Assembly (NCBI GenBank): GCA_045536125.1
Contig: JAZSMX010000045.1
Coordinates: 1 to 50,969, forward strand
DNA length: 50,969 nucleotides
Direction: 5' to 3'
From: Eubacteriales bacterium
GTDB taxonomy: Bacteria > Bacillota > Clostridia > Oscillospirales > CAG-272
Both the position numbers and the translations under genes were made by a program. The notes under the pieces are model-generated. The model had not been told where the DNA came from and did no database searches. It saw nothing but the letters and a program-made list of their open reading frames with translations. Within the stretch, counting starts at the first letter, position 1. The number at the start of each line of letters is the position of its first letter. This document shows, piece by piece, positions 25,025 to 33,395 of the stretch.

Positions 25025-26220
25025 ACATACTGATTACGGGAGCTTTGGGATTTGTCGGTAAGAACCTCTCCGAGGCACTCAAAAATATTCGTGATGGAAA
25101 AGACAAAACGCATCCGTCACTTTCCGTCGATGAGATTTTCTGTTACGATCTGGATTCCACTCCGGAAGAGCTGGATGCATACTGTCAGGATGCGGATTTT
25201 GTGTTCCATCTGGCGGGGGTCAATCGCCCGAAGGATCCCACGGAATTTATGCAAGGGAACTTCGGTTTTACTTCAACCTTGCTGGAAGCCTTGAAAAAGC
25301 ACGGCAATGCTTGTCCCTTGATGATTTCTTCCTCAATTCAGGCGACCTGTATCGGAAGATATGACAGCGACTACGGAAGAAGTAAAAAAGCAGGGGAGGA
25401 GCTGGTTTTTGCCTACGGTCAGGAAACGGGCGCCAAGGTGTTGGTGTACCGATTCCCGAATCTGTTCGGCAAATGGTGTCGTCCCAATTATAACAGTGCC
25501 GTGGCAACCTTTTGCAACAACATTGCGAACGATCTTCCGATTACGGTAAACGATCCCGCGGTGCAATTGGAGCTGCTTTACATTGACGATCTTGTAGACG
25601 AAATGATTCTCGCGCTTGAAGGAAAAGAACATCATTGTACCTTTGACGGAATCGAAACGGTACTCAGCGCGGACGGTGCATACTGTGCCGCACCCGTGAC
25701 GCACAAGGTGAGTCTTGGTGAGATTGTTTCTTTGTTGGAGCGCTTCCATGATCAGCCTACCAATTTGACCGTTCCCGAAATTCCTCACGGCTCGTTTGCC
25801 AAGAAGCTTTACAGTACTTATCTTTCTTATCTTCCGGCGTCCAAGGTCTCGTTTCCTTTGAAAATGAACGTGGATGCGAGAGGTTCGTTTACGGAGCTTT
25901 TGCGCACGGAAAAATGCGGACAGTTTTCTGTGAACGTCTCAAAACCGGGAATCACAAAAGGTCAGCATTGGCACAACACGAAATGGGAATTTTTCATCGT
26001 GGTGAGTGGACACGGACTGATTGAAGAGCGCAAGATTGGAACGGATGAGGTTTTAAGCTTTGAGGTTTCGGGGGAGAAGATGGAAGCCATCCATATGCTT
26101 CCCGGATACACCCACAACATCATCAATCTCTCGGAGAGTGAGGATCTTGTGACCGTTATGTGGGCGAACGAATGCTTTGATCCCACAAAGCCGGATACCT
26201 TTTTTGAGCCTGTGAAATGA
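25021..26220 (+). CDS. fnlB: UDP-2-acetamido-2,6-dideoxy-hexose reductase (FnlB/CapF/WbjC type): SDR plus C-terminal cupin
   Basis: MNILITGALGFVGKNL forms the N-terminus, and the C-terminal cupin-like segment is GQHWHNTKWEFFIVVSG. An ATGA overlap links it to fnlA. Confidence 0.75.
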   Translation: MNILITGALGFVGKNLSEALKNIRDGKDKTHPSLSVDEIFCYDLDSTPEELDAYCQDADFVFHLAGVNRPKDPTEFMQGNFGFTSTLLEALKKHGNACPLMISSSIQATCIGRYDSDYGRSKKAGEELVFAYGQETGAKVLVYRFPNLFGKWCRPNYNSAVATFCNNIANDLPITVNDPAVQLELLYIDDLVDEMILALEGKEHHCTFDGIETVLSADGAYCAAPVTHKVSLGEIVSLLERFHDQPTNLTVPEIPHGSFAKKLYSTYLSYLPASKVSFPLKMNVDARGSFTELLRTEKCGQFSVNVSKPGITKGQHWHNTKWEFFIVVSGHGLIEERKIGTDEVLSFEVSGEKMEAIHMLPGYTHNIINLSESEDLVTVMWANECFDPTKPDTFFEPVK

Positions 26221-26258
26221 TTTGACAGGGCGAAAATGCTTTTACGAAAGGAATTATC

Positions 26259-27443
26259 ATGGATATCAAACTTGACTACAGTGACGTAAAATTCAAGGAT
26301 AACGGAAAATTGAAGCTGCTCATCATCGTGGGAACTCGTCCCGAGATCATCCGCTTGGCAGCGGTAATTAGCAAATGCCGCAAATATTTTGATTGCATCC
26401 TTGCGCATACGGGACAAAACTACGATTACAACCTCAACGGTGTTTTCTTCAAGGATTTGAAGCTTGCAGATCCTGAGGTATATATGGACGCGGTCGGCGA
26501 TGACCTTGGCGCGACTGTCGGAAATATCATCAACTGCTCTTATAAGCTCATGAATCAGATTAAGCCCGACGCACTTCTCATTTTGGGAGATACCAACTCC
26601 TGTCTTTCTGCGATTGCGGCAAAGAGACTTCATATTCCGATCTTCCATATGGAAGCGGGCAACCGATGCAAGGACGAGTGTCTCCCCGAGGAGACGAACC
26701 GCCGCATTGTTGACATCATTTCCGACGTCAACCTGGCTTACAGTGAGCATGCGCGCCGTTATCTGCACGAATGCGGACTCCCCAAGGAGCGTACCTATGT
26801 AACCGGCTCTCCCATGGCTGAGGTGTTGCACCAAAACCTTGCGGACATTGAAGCCAGCAACGTACACGAAAGACTGGGACTTGAAAAAGGGAAGTACATT
26901 CTTCTTTCGGCGCACCGCGAAGAAAATATCGATACCGAAAAGAACTTCTTGAGTCTCTTCACCGCGATCAACAAGATCGCCGAGAAGTACGATATGCCCA
27001 TTTTATATTCCTGTCATCCCAGAAGTCGCAACCGCTTGGCGGCAAGCGGATTTCAACTGGATTCCCGTGTGATTCAACATGAACCGCTCGGCTTCCATGA
27101 TTACAATTGCCTCCAGATGAATGCGTTTGCGGTCATCTCGGACAGCGGAACACTTCCGGAGGAAAGCTCCTTCTTTACCTCCATTGGACACCCGTTTCCT
27201 GCGGTCTGCATTCGTACGTCCACGGAACGCCCCGAGGCATTGGATAAGGCTTGCTTTGTGTTGGCGGGAATTGATGATCACAGCCTGTTGCAGGCGGTTG
27301 AAACTGCGATCTCCATGAACGAGGAAGGGGATCACGGCATTCCCGTGCCCGTATACGTAGAGGAGAACGTTTCTACCAAGGTCGTCAAGATCATTCAGTC
27401 TTATACGGGTGTTGTCAATAAAATGGTTTGGAGGAAAAATTAA
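26259..27443 (+). CDS. fnlC: UDP-sugar 2-epimerase, non-hydrolysing (FnlC/CapG/WbjD type)
   Basis: IIVGTRPEIIRLA and FHMEAGNRCKDE are present. The position after fnlA and fnlB supports the call. Confidence 0.85.
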   Translation: MDIKLDYSDVKFKDNGKLKLLIIVGTRPEIIRLAAVISKCRKYFDCILAHTGQNYDYNLNGVFFKDLKLADPEVYMDAVGDDLGATVGNIINCSYKLMNQIKPDALLILGDTNSCLSAIAAKRLHIPIFHMEAGNRCKDECLPEETNRRIVDIISDVNLAYSEHARRYLHECGLPKERTYVTGSPMAEVLHQNLADIEASNVHERLGLEKGKYILLSAHREENIDTEKNFLSLFTAINKIAEKYDMPILYSCHPRSRNRLAASGFQLDSRVIQHEPLGFHDYNCLQMNAFAVISDSGTLPEESSFFTSIGHPFPAVCIRTSTERPEALDKACFVLAGIDDHSLLQAVETAISMNEEGDHGIPVPVYVEENVSTKVVKIIQSYTGVVNKMVWRKN

Positions 27444-27455
27444 GGAGATGTTGTT

Positions 27456-28616
27456 GTGAATCAGGATGAGGTAAAAGTGTTTTTTTCAATAATACGCTCT
27501 GCAATTGATGGCAATAGATTAAATGATGATGAGCTAAAAGCATATTCATTTGACATGCTCCCTAATATGTTAAAGTTATCAGCTAAGCATGATGTTATCC
27601 ATTTGCTGGCTTTCGGTCTGAAGCAAAACGAGTTGATCGGCGATGGAGACGGTGATATTGAAAAATATATTCTTAGGGCTGTTTATCGCTGTGAGAATCT
27701 GCGATATGAATACGAGAAACTTTGTGATATTTTAGAAAAAACGAAGGTGTTTTTTCTTCCATTGAAAGGTTCTGTAATCAGAAAATTATATCCGGAAGAA
27801 TGGATGCGCACGAGTTGCGATATTGACATTTTAGTTCATGAAAATGATTCTGAAAAAGTCAAATCTGTTTTGATTGAGAAGTACGGATATAAATATCATG
27901 AAAAGGGTTCACACGATATTTCGCTTTTTTCGCCTACAGGCATTCATATTGAATTGCATTATAATCTTGTTGAGGTTGGCAGAGCGAATGAGTCTTCAAA
28001 GGTGCTGAAAGATATTTGGGGTAAAGTATCTGTACGCCAGGGCTTTGAGTATTGTCTCGAAATGCCTGATGAAATGTACTATTTCTATCATATCGCACAC
28101 ATGGCAAAACATTTTGAAGATGGTGGCTGTGGAATAAGACCCTTTATCGATCTCTGGGTTTTGGATAACATGGAAGAATCAAATCAAAAAAAGCGAAATC
28201 AATTACTCGATCAAGGGCGACTTTTAAAATTTGCACAGGTCTCTCGTAAATTAAGTAGAACATGGTTTGAAACTGGAATGTATGATTTGGTTTCAAAGCA
28301 GATGGAAGATTATATTTTACGCGGTGGAGTTTATGGCAACAACGAAAATCGTATTATGGTTCATCAGCAGAGAAGCGGTGGGCGCATTAAGTATGCAATA
28401 TCGAAGCTTTTTATTCCGTATGATGTAATTAAGTTTCATTACCCCATTCTGCAACAACACCGCTGGTTGACTCCATTTATGCAGATTCGTAGATGGTGTA
28501 AACTGATTTTTTGTGGACATTTAAGACGCACTACGAAAGAACTGCGATACAATAATAATATTTCTAGTGCTGAAGCAGCTAACATGCAAACATTCTTGGA
28601 TAATATAGGCCTGTAA
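27456..28616 (+). CDS. Uncharacterised nucleotidyltransferase family protein (NTP_transf_5-like)
   Basis: PLKGSVIRKLYPEEWMRTSCDIDILVH ... GIHIELHY matches my recollection of that family. It has a GTG start with the RBS AAGGAG 9 nt upstream. The sequence is AT-rich. Confidence 0.55.
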   Translation: MNQDEVKVFFSIIRSAIDGNRLNDDELKAYSFDMLPNMLKLSAKHDVIHLLAFGLKQNELIGDGDGDIEKYILRAVYRCENLRYEYEKLCDILEKTKVFFLPLKGSVIRKLYPEEWMRTSCDIDILVHENDSEKVKSVLIEKYGYKYHEKGSHDISLFSPTGIHIELHYNLVEVGRANESSKVLKDIWGKVSVRQGFEYCLEMPDEMYYFYHIAHMAKHFEDGGCGIRPFIDLWVLDNMEESNQKKRNQLLDQGRLLKFAQVSRKLSRTWFETGMYDLVSKQMEDYILRGGVYGNNENRIMVHQQRSGGRIKYAISKLFIPYDVIKFHYPILQQHRWLTPFMQIRRWCKLIFCGHLRRTTKELRYNNNISSAEAANMQTFLDNIGL

Positions 28617-28646
28617 AACGATCAAAATAAATATGGTGTAATGATA

Positions 28647-28695
28647 ATATACCCGTTCAAATCTGTCACTTGTGAGCAAGATCGAACGGGTATAT
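28647..28695. terminator. Perfect 12-bp inverted repeat between convergent transcription units; possible bidirectional terminator
   Basis: ATATACCCGTTC (28647-28658) pairs with GAACGGGTATAT (28684-28695), with a 25-nt loop. Both flanks are A/T-rich. The loop is large, so terminator function is uncertain. Confidence 0.4.
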
Positions 28696-28849
28696 TTCAA
28701 ATTATATGTGAAAATGTGCAGATTTTCGAAGCGATGTGCTGGGTATTGCTATCTTTTTATAGAAAAGATGAAACATAGATTGTATTATACATTCAGTATC
28801 AAATACGATCCAAGAATATTGCGCGTAAGGGAGGTTATAAAAATCAACC

Positions 28850-28887
28850 GTTAGGACCAGGGTTTAAACCAGCACCCCTAACCTAAC
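28850..28887 (-). terminator. Weak hairpin plus T-run after the minus-strand array
   Basis: On the minus strand, GTTAGG...CCTAAC forms a 6-bp stem around the palindrome GGTTTAAACC, followed by GGTTGATTTTTAT. The stem is short. Confidence 0.25.
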
Positions 28888-28897
28888 TGCGTGTGTA

Positions 28898-29038
28898 TCA
28901 AACATTAATTCCGAACAGGCTTAAAATAAATGTGATTAGATATACCGCAGCACCCGATGAAACAAGGATCGCCATGATCAATGCCAGCAAGCGGGCAGGT
29001 GTGGAAAAGGTGGATTTTTTATTTTCTTTTTTTGCCAT
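28898..29038 (-). CDS. Small (46 aa) single-pass membrane protein, absent from the supplied ORF track (below its size cutoff)
   Basis: The translation is MAKKENKKSTFSTPARLLALIMAILVSSGAAVYLITFILSLFGINV. The RBS AAAGGAA lies 8 nt upstream of the ATG, which begins 20 nt after the parC-like stop. The protein has a Lys-rich N-terminus followed by one hydrophobic helix. Confidence 0.45.
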   Translation of the reverse strand: MAKKENKKSTFSTPARLLALIMAILVSSGAAVYLITFILSLFGINV

Positions 29039-29058
29039 GATTGTGATTTCCTTTCAAA

Positions 29059-31251
29059 TCAGAGAAGAACTCCCGAGGCGGGAATTTTGATCTTTTTCAT
29101 CCCCTTGGTGTCAGCGGGAATTTCGTCGGGATTGGCTGTGGCGGAAACGAGTGTAGTACCTTTTTTCAAGGACATCAAGGTCACACCCCCCGAGGTGCGC
29201 GTGGACATCAAAGGAATCAGGGTGGATTTGATGACGATGGCGCGTTTGTCGGAGGAGACAAGCATGATATCCATCGGTGCTTTCTCGTAGAATGCCGCTA
29301 CAATGGGAGAGTTCTTGGAATATGCGGCGGTCAGCTTACGGCGATTGCCTGTGGTTTCGTAATTGGCAATGGAGACGCGAACACCTTTTCCGTTTTCGAA
29401 GATCAAAACAAGATTTTCTTTTTCGGGATACTTGTTTTGAATGTTCATGAGGATGGGTTTTTCCTCGGGGTCCATCTCAAATTTTGCGGGGAGGTAGTCG
29501 CCAAGGGCAGATGCCTTGGTATTGTCGAACTCGTCCGCCCTTGCGCGGTAGAGCTTCTGACGGTTGGTGAGGAAAATGAGGTTATCCGTGTTCTGTCCGT
29601 CAAAGAGCATGCGCAGCGCATCCCCGTCCTTGAAGGACTGCTCGTCGTTTCCGCGCAAGGACTGGAAGGTGATCTTCTTGAAATATCCGTCTTTTGAAAG
29701 AACGAAGCGCGCAGGGTAGTTTTCAACGTGCTCCTCTTCCTTATATTCCTGAATTCCTTCGGCAGAGAGAATCTGCGTACGCCTTGGCTGAGCGTACTTT
29801 TTCTTGACCTCTGTCAATTGTGCGATGATGAGTGCCTTTTGCTTCAATTCGTCGCGTAGGATCTCTTCCATTTCCGCGATCTCTTTTTCAAGCTCTTCGA
29901 TTTCGGAGAGGCGGTTGAGAATATACTCACGGTTGAGATAACGCAATTTGATTTCTGCAATATAGTTTGCCTGAATCTCATCAATGTCGAATCCCTTCAT
30001 CAAGTTGGGAACAACGTCCGCTTCCTTTTCCGTCTTTCGGATGATACGGATTGCCTTATCAATATCCAGCATGATCTTTCCAAGACCTTGCAGCAGGTGG
30101 AGCTTATCCTTTTTCTTGGCAAGATCATACCGAAGCTCGCGACGAATGCATTCCAAACGGAAACGAATCCATTCGGAGAGAATCTCGCAAACGCCCATTG
30201 TGCGAGGCGTAGAATCAATCAGAACGTTGAAGTTGCAACGGAAGCTATCCTCCAAGGGTGTCATTTTAAAAAGCTTTGCCATTACCTTTTCGGGATCTGC
30301 GCCGCGGCGGATGTCTAAGGTCAGCTTGAAGCCACTCAATCCGATTTCGTCTCGGAAATCAGTGATCTCCTTGATCTTGCCTTCCTTATAGAGGGTTGTA
30401 AGCTTGGCAAGGATCAATTCAATCGTGGTAGAGTAGGGAATCTCAATGATGTCAATACAGCTTTGCGCCTTGTCGTAAACGTAACGCGCGCGAAGCTTGA
30501 CAGATCCCTGTCCCGTTTCATAGATTTTTTTCATTTCTTCCTTGTCGTAAAGGAGGGTTCCGCCGCCTGAGAAGTCGGGGGCTTTGAGAAGCTCCATCAT
30601 CTTTTCAACCGAAAGATTGGGCTTGCGAAGAAGTGCGATCGTTCCGTCACAAACCTCCGCAAGATTGAAGGAGCAGATATTGGATGCCATACCGACGGCA
30701 ATTCCCATATTGGGCATAACGAGAATATTCGGGAAGGTTGTAGGAAGGAGCACGGGCTCTTTCATGGTGGCATCATAGTTGTCTACCATATCCACCGCAT
30801 CCTTGTCAATGCCGCTGAAAAGCTCATGACAGATGGTGTCCAGCTTACACTCGGTATAACGCGCTGCCGCATACTTCATTTCGGAGGAGTACTGTTTTCC
30901 GAACGAGCCCTTGGAGTCTACCAGGGGATGAAGAAGGGTTGCGTTTCCGCGAGTGAGACGTACCATGGTTTCATAAATGGAAGCGTCACCGTGCGGATTG
31001 AGCTTCATCGTTTGTCCCACGATATTGGCACTCTTGGTTCTGGGACCTGTCAAGAGTCCCATTTTATACATGGTATAAAGGAGCTTCCTGTGCGCCGGCT
31101 TCAGTCCGTCGATTTCGGGAATCGCGCGTGCGACGATGACGCTCATGACGTAGGGCATGTAGTTCTTTTCAATTGTTTCCGTGATCGGCTGATAGACGAT
31201 CGGAGCATAAACAATTTCCTTTTTTTCTTCTTTCTTCTGTCTTTTTGCCAT
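29059..31251 (-). CDS. parC: Type IIA DNA topoisomerase subunit A (ParC/GyrA family)
   Basis: DGLKPAHRKLLYTM, LNPHGDASIYETMVRL and AARYTE (catalytic Tyr) are present. I saw no GyrA-box (QRRGGKG-like), so it looks more ParC-like. The protein is 730 aa. Confidence 0.8.
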   Translation of the reverse strand: MAKRQKKEEKKEIVYAPIVYQPITETIEKNYMPYVMSVIVARAIPEIDGLKPAHRKLLYTMYKMGLLTGPRTKSANIVGQTMKLNPHGDASIYETMVRLTRGNATLLHPLVDSKGSFGKQYSSEMKYAAARYTECKLDTICHELFSGIDKDAVDMVDNYDATMKEPVLLPTTFPNILVMPNMGIAVGMASNICSFNLAEVCDGTIALLRKPNLSVEKMMELLKAPDFSGGGTLLYDKEEMKKIYETGQGSVKLRARYVYDKAQSCIDIIEIPYSTTIELILAKLTTLYKEGKIKEITDFRDEIGLSGFKLTLDIRRGADPEKVMAKLFKMTPLEDSFRCNFNVLIDSTPRTMGVCEILSEWIRFRLECIRRELRYDLAKKKDKLHLLQGLGKIMLDIDKAIRIIRKTEKEADVVPNLMKGFDIDEIQANYIAEIKLRYLNREYILNRLSEIEELEKEIAEMEEILRDELKQKALIIAQLTEVKKKYAQPRRTQILSAEGIQEYKEEEHVENYPARFVLSKDGYFKKITFQSLRGNDEQSFKDGDALRMLFDGQNTDNLIFLTNRQKLYRARADEFDNTKASALGDYLPAKFEMDPEEKPILMNIQNKYPEKENLVLIFENGKGVRVSIANYETTGNRRKLTAAYSKNSPIVAAFYEKAPMDIMLVSSDKRAIVIKSTLIPLMSTRTSGGVTLMSLKKGTTLVSATANPDEIPADTKGMKKIKIPASGVLL

Positions 31252-31279
31252 TCGGTCGTATTTCCTTTCTATCGATCGT

Positions 31280-32317
31280 TCAAAGCCGCAAAACCGTGTG
31301 TGCTGCGGCGCGTATCATGCGATTGTAAAGTGCCAATCCAAGCCCCTCCATGGGGGGGAGATGCGCGTAAATAATCTCGGCATCGGTCGCGTCTGCGTCA
31401 CGGAGCGCATGAAAAAGTGTGTGCGCTTGCGCGCCGAGATCCGCCATCTTCCCTACGGGGAACACAAGTCCGTGGGAGAGACGGTCACGTTCCTCGTCAT
31501 AGCAAAGAATGGCGCATTTTTTCTCTGCCTGTTCCTTTTGAAGAAAGGCAAGCACTACTTCAAAGGAGCCGTCCAACAGCACAAGAGGCGCTGTCGGGGC
31601 ATAATGGCGGTATTTCATTCCGGGAGAAAGCGGACGCTCGTTTTCTGCCAGTTTATGTGTCACGGCATCTGCAATGATCACATGATCGCAGATCATGCAA
31701 AGCGCGTCATAGGTGATCGCTCCGGGGCGAAGCAACGTAATCGTATCTCCGTCAATTTTGACGATGGTGGATTCAAGCCCGATTTCACACTCTCCACCGT
31801 CAATGATCATGCTGACGCGTCCGTTCAGATCGTCCCGAACGTGCTCGGCACAGGTGGGGGAGGGCTTTCCCGAAAGATTGGCAGAGGGGGCGGCAATGGG
31901 AAGGGCGCACAATTTGATGAGCTTATGCGCCACGGGATGTGCGGGACAACGGATTGCCACACTGTCAAGTCCTCCCGTGGTGGAGGTGGGAATGCTGTCT
32001 TTCTTGGGAAGGATGACCGTCAAGGGACCCGGCATAAACGCCTTTGCAAGCTTTTTTGCGGTCGCGTTGACGTAAGCGTATTGTTCTGCATCCTCAAAGG
32101 ATGCCAGATGGATGATCAAGGGATTGTCGGAGGGACGCCCTTTGGCAGCATAAATTCTTTGTGCTGCAAGAGCATTGGTTCCGTCTCCCCCAAGCCCGTA
32201 AACCGTCTCGGTAGGGAAGACAACGAGCTCTCCTCTTTGGATGCAATTTGCGGCACGTTGAAGTGCGCGCGCACCCTCATCATCCTCGGTGTAACGAATA
32301 TACTCTGTCTGTATCAT
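31280..32317 (-). CDS. tsaC: L-threonylcarbamoyladenylate synthase (Sua5/TsaC, long form)
   Basis: VVFPTETVYGLGGD and the 345-aa length, which includes a Sua5 C-terminal domain, support the call. Confidence 0.85.
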   Translation of the reverse strand: MIQTEYIRYTEDDEGARALQRAANCIQRGELVVFPTETVYGLGGDGTNALAAQRIYAAKGRPSDNPLIIHLASFEDAEQYAYVNATAKKLAKAFMPGPLTVILPKKDSIPTSTTGGLDSVAIRCPAHPVAHKLIKLCALPIAAPSANLSGKPSPTCAEHVRDDLNGRVSMIIDGGECEIGLESTIVKIDGDTITLLRPGAITYDALCMICDHVIIADAVTHKLAENERPLSPGMKYRHYAPTAPLVLLDGSFEVVLAFLQKEQAEKKCAILCYDEERDRLSHGLVFPVGKMADLGAQAHTLFHALRDADATDAEIIYAHLPPMEGLGLALYNRMIRAAAHTVLRL

Positions 32318-32326
32318 GTGATTGCC

Positions 32327-33394
32327 TCAGTCTTGTTGCTTTAGCTTTTCCGCGGTTTCCGCGGTGGCAAGGGCATCGATCATTGCTCCGATCTCGCCGT
32401 CCAGAAAACGCTCGATGGAGAAAATTGTCAATCCGATACGGTGATCCGTGATCCGTCCTTGCGGATAGTTGTAGGTGCGGATGCGCTCACTTCGATCTCC
32501 TGTGCCCACCTGCTTGCGTCGGTTGGATGCGATGGCTTCGTCCTGCTCGCGTACCTTCTGATCGTAGAGGATGGTGCGGAGCATTTTAAGCGCTTTGTCC
32601 TTGTTCTTAAACTGGCTTCGTTCCTCCTGACATTCCACTACGATGCCTGTCGGCTTGTGTAAAAGACGCACTGCCGATTCGGTCTTGTTGATGTGCTGAC
32701 CGCCCGCGCCGCTGGATTTACAGGATTCAAACACAAGATCGGCGGGGTTGATCTCCACCTCGACGTCTTCTGCCTCGGGAAGCACGGCAACCGTTGCTGT
32801 GGAGGTTTGTATCCGTCCCTGAGATTCGGTTTCGGGAACGCGCTGAACGCGGTGCACTCCGCTCTCGTATTTAAAACGGGAATATGCGCCCGATCCCTCT
32901 ACCAAAAAGGCAAGTTGACGGTATCCGCCAAGCTCGGTCGGAGTTTCCGACAAAAGGGAAACTCGAAAGCCCGCGGAGGCGGCATACATCGAATACATGC
33001 GGTAAAGCACCGCTGCGAACAATGCCGCTTCCTCACCGCCCGCGCCTGCGCGGATCTCAACCATGACGTTTCTGTCATCGTTGGGATCGCGCGGCAAGAG
33101 CATGACGGTCAATTCTGCCTTCAATGCTTCCACGAGATCCTTGGTATCGCGAAGCTCCTCCGCGGCAAGCGCGCGAAGCTCTGTATCCGAGCTTTCTTCT
33201 AAGAGCGCCAGGGTATCGCGGACGTTATTTTCCGCTCTTTGAAGGTCTCTGTATTTTTCGATAATCGGGGAAAGGAGCTTATATTCCTTCGCGATCTGCG
33301 CACACCTTGCGGGATCGGATGCCACGGAGGGATCGGACATGGATGCCTCCAGGTGCAGATATTTTTCTTCTGCTTCTTTGAGCTTGTTCAGCAT
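32327..33394 (-). CDS. prfA: Peptide chain release factor 1
   Basis: The N-terminus reads MLNKLKEAEEKYLHLEASMSDP. The GGQ motif occurs in SGAGGQHINKTESAVRL. The protein is 355 aa. Confidence 0.9.
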   Translation of the reverse strand: MLNKLKEAEEKYLHLEASMSDPSVASDPARCAQIAKEYKLLSPIIEKYRDLQRAENNVRDTLALLEESSDTELRALAAEELRDTKDLVEALKAELTVMLLPRDPNDDRNVMVEIRAGAGGEEAALFAAVLYRMYSMYAASAGFRVSLLSETPTELGGYRQLAFLVEGSGAYSRFKYESGVHRVQRVPETESQGRIQTSTATVAVLPEAEDVEVEINPADLVFESCKSSGAGGQHINKTESAVRLLHKPTGIVVECQEERSQFKNKDKALKMLRTILYDQKVREQDEAIASNRRKQVGTGDRSERIRTYNYPQGRITDHRIGLTIFSIERFLDGEIGAMIDALATAETAEKLKQQD

Positions 33395-33395
33395 A

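Noticed and set aside
28672-28854. A 60-aa GTG-start ORF in the convergent spacer, which I considered as a possible precursor peptide next to the NTP_transf_5-like gene.
   Set aside because: It starts inside the inverted-repeat hairpin and has no RBS. Its composition is typical of translated AT-rich spacer. No accompanying maturation genes (PqqD-like, protease, cyclase) are present.
28898-29038. Reading the 46-aa hydrophobic peptide as a type I toxin.
   Set aside because: The peptide is translationally and positionally coupled to a housekeeping operon. I found no convincing convergent promoter for an antisense RNA on the plus strand. I kept it only as a small membrane protein.
28893-29090. 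A 65-aa plus-strand ORF overlapping the 46-aa minus-strand sORF and the parC-like 3' end.
   Set aside because: It has no RBS and is antisense to an ORF with an excellent RBS. It would run into the end of the topoisomerase gene.
31298-32344. A 348-aa plus-strand ORF antisense to tsaC/sua5.
   Set aside because: It has Arg/Gly/Cys-rich low-complexity translation, no RBS and no recognisable motif. The opposite strand carries clear Sua5/TsaC motifs. Long antisense ORFs are expected in GC-rich coding DNA.
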